Source: Selaginella moellendorffii (Eukaryota; Plantae; Lycopodiophyta). Taken from it: a DNA stretch of 64,000 bases. Below the pieces are notes generated by a model that saw only the letters and a list, made by a program, of their open reading frames with translations, had not been told where the DNA came from and searched no databases. The stretch spans positions 744,001 to 808,000 of the forward strand of contig NW_003314280.1 of NCBI RefSeq assembly GCF_000143415.4, read 5' to 3'. Of the stretch, positions 60,209 to 64,000 are shown in pieces; the stretch's first letter is position 1; each line of letters begins with the position of its first letter. The position numbers were made by a program, and so were the translations under genes.

Positions 60209-60821
60209 ATGGCAAAATCAAGCATAGCATTCATTCTCCCACTTGCATGCCTCCTGCTTGCGAGTGCTGTTCATGTTTCAGCTTTAGACAATGATGCTAG
60301 TGGAGACCTCTCTGGTATGGTATATAACCTGGTCTAAACTTTTGTTTGACTCTTTGTCCATGTAAATGGTTTTGCAAGGCACTATGAGATCTCTAAAGAC
60401 GGTGCTTCCTACAAATGGAACTTCATCAAACATTGGTGTCCCATTGGATCTAGTTGCGAAAGTACTTGGAATTGTCACTCAAGTTATAGCTAGTTTAAAG
60501 GACCTCGTCCTCAAAGTTCCTTTGCTATGTGTCATCCTTTATCCAGTGATTATCATCCTTGAGATCATTGTGATCTACATCCCTGGTGGCTACCCTTGCC
60601 CGATTATCATTGGCGTCATCTGCAAGTATCTGGGCAATGCCATTCCTGTGTGGACTCCAATCAAGTTCATCAAAGTTGATCTAACGGTTATCTTGAGCCT
60701 CACCGCAACTATCAAGCTTCTGCAGAGTGTGATTATCCTTGTTACTCCAAACAGTTGCATTTTCCTCGTGCTGAGTGCAGTGGTTAGTATCCTTAAGTCG
60801 GTGCTTGCATTACTCTATTAA
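60209..60821 (+). CDS. Putatively secreted, extremely hydrophobic (I/L/V-rich) protein of unknown function
   Basis: Exon 60209-60314 (MAKSSIAFILPLACLLLASAVHVSA..), 64-nt intron, then exon 60379-60821 in frame; ~182 aa. TATTTAAA at 60141 and AATAAA downstream. Confidence 0.75.
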
Positions 60822-61510
60822 GCTGTAATAGCATATAAAATGCAAAATGTGTAGAATAAACAATCAAATAAAACTATACTAATATTATTGTTCTTTGGAG
60901 ATAGTTTAGAGTTGGATTTCAGGAATCTCATGCTTTCAACCTTAAAACCATTAAATTTGAGCGTGGTCTTATTTCACGTCCAGCGTCTCTCAGCCGATGT
61001 CGATCGACTCTAGCTCTCGCTCCTTAAGCTGCAAGCCCATCATCACACAGTAATTTTCAGCGCCTTTGTTCGATCAACAACCGTTGATCGAACTGACAAT
61101 GGCTGTGAGATAGGCCTTGCCGGTCATCTGAGGCCGCAGCTGCTCGCCACAAGAAACTCCAAGTTCTTCAACTTCATGCTGTTCATGGGATTTTCCCAGC
61201 AGCTCCACCCACCGTCGTTTTCGTCTGGATCGTCGTCGCTCGCCCACATTGCGATCGCCACTCCTAGAAAAGCGGGAGTCGAACCACCAGAACCTTTAGA
61301 TCTGGCAACAATCGGACGCCATTAGGAAATTTGCTAATTTATACCTAATTAACACTGTATACTAAACGTTCACTATCAATTTTAATAATGTACGTATATA
61401 ATAAAATGCACTCATTCCCAGCTCTGTGGATGTTGGCAATCAAATCTCCAGTTCGTCCACCTTGCCGCTGCCGTCCTTTGTAGCTTCAAGCGTGTGACTT
61501 TTGATGAAGA

Positions 61511-62780
61511 TCAATCCGCTCGTAGATGAATATTTGGACTCTTCTTATGCGCTTTCAAGGCCGCCTCCTGTATAGTCTTGAGCTTATCCTCCCACAGCCC
61601 CGCGCTCCGGTAGATGCTCGCCATCAGAACGTACGCAGCCGAGTCTTTCTCGTCGATCTTCGTCAGTGCCTCGAACGCAATCCTCCCCACTTCCACGTTC
61701 TTCCACTTGCGGCAAGCGCCGAGGACGCTAGATCCACCAAGCTGCTGTAGTGATGAATCCCGCAAACAATGCCAGATTTCGGGTCCATTGCCTGGAAAAC
61801 TCCCTGCCTCGTTCAACCAGGCCGCCATGGCTACAAGAAGTGATGACCGAGACAAACGTGATCGCGTTTGCTCGCACGCCATCTTCTCGCATCTCGTGAA
61901 AGGCTTCGAACACGCGCGACGTGTCACCCTGTTGGCCGAATCCTGTGATCAGTGCATTCCAGGCGACGGTATCTCGGACTGCCAGAGATCCAAACAAGTG
62001 CTCGGCCGCACTCATAACCCCGCACCTCCCGTAGAAGTTTACCATCCAGTCCCCACAACATGGTCGTCTTCCAGCCCACGCCTGTAAAACTCAGTCTGGA
62101 TTTTCCTTCCAGCTTCACTGTACCCAACGTTCCCACAGGCCGTAAGTCCCGCTACAAGAGTCCGAGAGTTTGGAGCACAGTCCATGCTCTCCAAGAGTTC
62201 CAGCCCGAGCTCATTCTCACCGTTGTCTACATATCCCTGTATCGTGATGTCGTGCTCTGGACGAGCTTGATACAAGGCTTTGTGGACAACGGGGAAAGCG
62301 AGCTGGCTCTCATGTTCTTCGAAGATATGAAGCTATCTGGGTGCTGTCCAAACTCCCAAACATATTTTGCTGCGCTTGCCGCCTGTGCGAGCTCGGCAAT
62401 GCAAGAGGAAGCGGTGGATGTTGACAACGCAATGATCCAGGGATCTGCTGGAAGTGGAGACAGCAAGCTGGCCTTGGAGCTGGTCTTCGGCATGGCTAGG
62501 GAGAATGATCCGGATGAAAGAACGTTTATTGCTGCGGTCATGGCCTGTGTCCACCTTTCAAAACAACCTGTTCCACGAGAAGATGGAAAGCTATTGCGAA
62601 TCCAGAGCCTAGAAAAGGGGATGGAGATTCATTCTCTCGCCACAAAGTTTGGATGCTGTGAGCACTGATTTTTTGGGAGCAGCTCGGTGGACATGTATGC
62701 CAAGTATGGAGATATGGTGAAAGCTCCAGTAGTTTTCAAACGCATGCCTAGCAGGGATGTTGTCGTTTGGACAAGCTTAT
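61511..62780. pseudogene. Scrambled PLS-PPR pseudogene with an internal inversion
   Basis: Minus-strand PPR/E fragments at 61511-62243 (YGRCG, WNALITGF, SCSHGG, AYVLMASIY) abut plus-strand PPR fragments at 62244-62780 (DVVLWTSLIQGF). Frameshifted. Confidence 0.85.
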
Positions 62781-63572
62781 GCTCTCAAAAACCATCAGCA
62801 CATTGACCATGCTCCCACACTTTGAGTACATGTCCACAAGGTTGCTCCCCATGAAGATATCTCCACAACAATGGTTTTTCACAACTTTATGTTTTTAAAT
62901 GCTTTAACCATGTGGTTAAAGTGAGGTTCTAATGAGCTATGCCAAGTATTCAAATAGGTAGTAGCCATTTATATTTAAATTATCTTTTAAGGAATTAAAG
63001 ATAATTTTTGAACACTTCACTAAATTATTTTATTTGTTTATCTGTATTCATTTTAACCTTGGACTCTTTAATGGTTATATTATCACCTAAGTATAAAATG
63101 CAACTTTCAAACTTCTTACAAAACATTATAAATCTCATTTAAGACCATGGCCATTAATTAGACTGATGTTCAAAGAAAAACAATCAACGATAGATCACTT
63201 TGAAGCGTGCTGGACCATCAAAGCTGGAAGAAAGACGAAATAACTTATCCTCGATATGACTTCAACAAGCGAATGGCATGCAACAGTGCAGGATGGCACC
63301 AGTCGGCTTGGATCAAGCGATCACGCTCCACGAGCTTGTGGCTCCAGCAGATTGAAATAACAGCCAAGCGCCTGAAATCATGCCGGATGTCCAAGAGGTG
63401 CCACCAAGAGATCCAGCATCCGGCAGCCAAACGACTTCTCTGGAACATCACACCACGGCACCCACAATCATCAACAGAAGCTCTCAGCTGAAGTATGGCT
63501 TTGACAGAGAGTTTCTTGGGACTTATTCTGCGCCTTGCTCTTCACCTCGCAAGTGAAATGACCCCTGTGATT

Positions 63573-64000
63573 CATAGCTTCAAAACACGAACACGAACAC
63601 GAACAGGGCATTCAATTTTTTGAACACGAACATGGAACACGGAAATGAACACAGATAAACATGGGTGAAAACATGAATATTCTCTAGAATATTCTACTTA
63701 TCACTCCATCTCATCTAGAAGCTCCTCATTAGCAAGATCATCATCTTCGTCTTCGTCCTCTTCTTCCATAGCTTCAATATCAGCATCAGTAATTTGAGGA
63801 ATACTTCTTGTCTGGCTCAATCCCACAAACTTGTCATAGGAAGTGTGGCTCCCTATCAACTTGGTATTATTGGCCACAAATACCAAGTTTGCAATCCGGC
63901 TTACTACTAAGCAATTCCTCTTATTTGAAGTGATGTGCCCAAAAATGCTGAACAATCGCCCCACAAATGAGGAAGAACTTGTCTGACTAAGCACTCGAAT
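63573..64000 (-). mobile_element. 3' end of a hAT DNA transposon
   Basis: Dimerisation-domain-like LSQTSSSSFVGRLFSIFGHITSNKRNCL..NLVFVANNTKL with an acidic tail. AACACG subterminal repeats at 63583-63680. Candidate TIR CATAG.. at 63573. Confidence 0.8.

Overview
This is gene-dense nuclear DNA from a non-seed land plant. The ~47-65 nt introns, intergenic gaps of 100-300 bp, PLS-class PPR genes and a PAS+EDR1+kinase Raf point to Selaginella, probably S. moellendorffii (inference, not a database result). About 20 genes are intact or near-intact: RAD9 (3' part), a UGT, a SINAT E3 ligase, plastid RPS20, a signal-peptide PP2C, a PhoD-like phosphatase, MPB2C-like, tRNA-Lys(CUU), profilin, an AG-peptide, SelO, a KEA4/5/6-type antiporter, a sHSP, three PPRs, an ARK/ANR-type Raf kinase, SPS, a type-A response regulator and a CRCK-like kinase. 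They are interrupted by AT-rich, CpG-depleted islands containing decayed Ty3/gypsy elements, a ~1 kb foldback and a tandem repeat. Other decayed sequences are a Ty1/copia relic, a hAT end and PP2C/PPR pseudogenes. The most intriguing pattern is that the edges of these islands carry compact genes for predicted secreted proteins: an unknown N-terminal domain (weakly KP4-like by eye) fused to a bulb-type mannose lectin, a small Cys-containing orphan, an extremely hydrophobic orphan and a PP2C with a signal peptide. Exon boundaries were read by eye from GT/AG signals and reading frame, and all family calls come from motif recognition without database searches.
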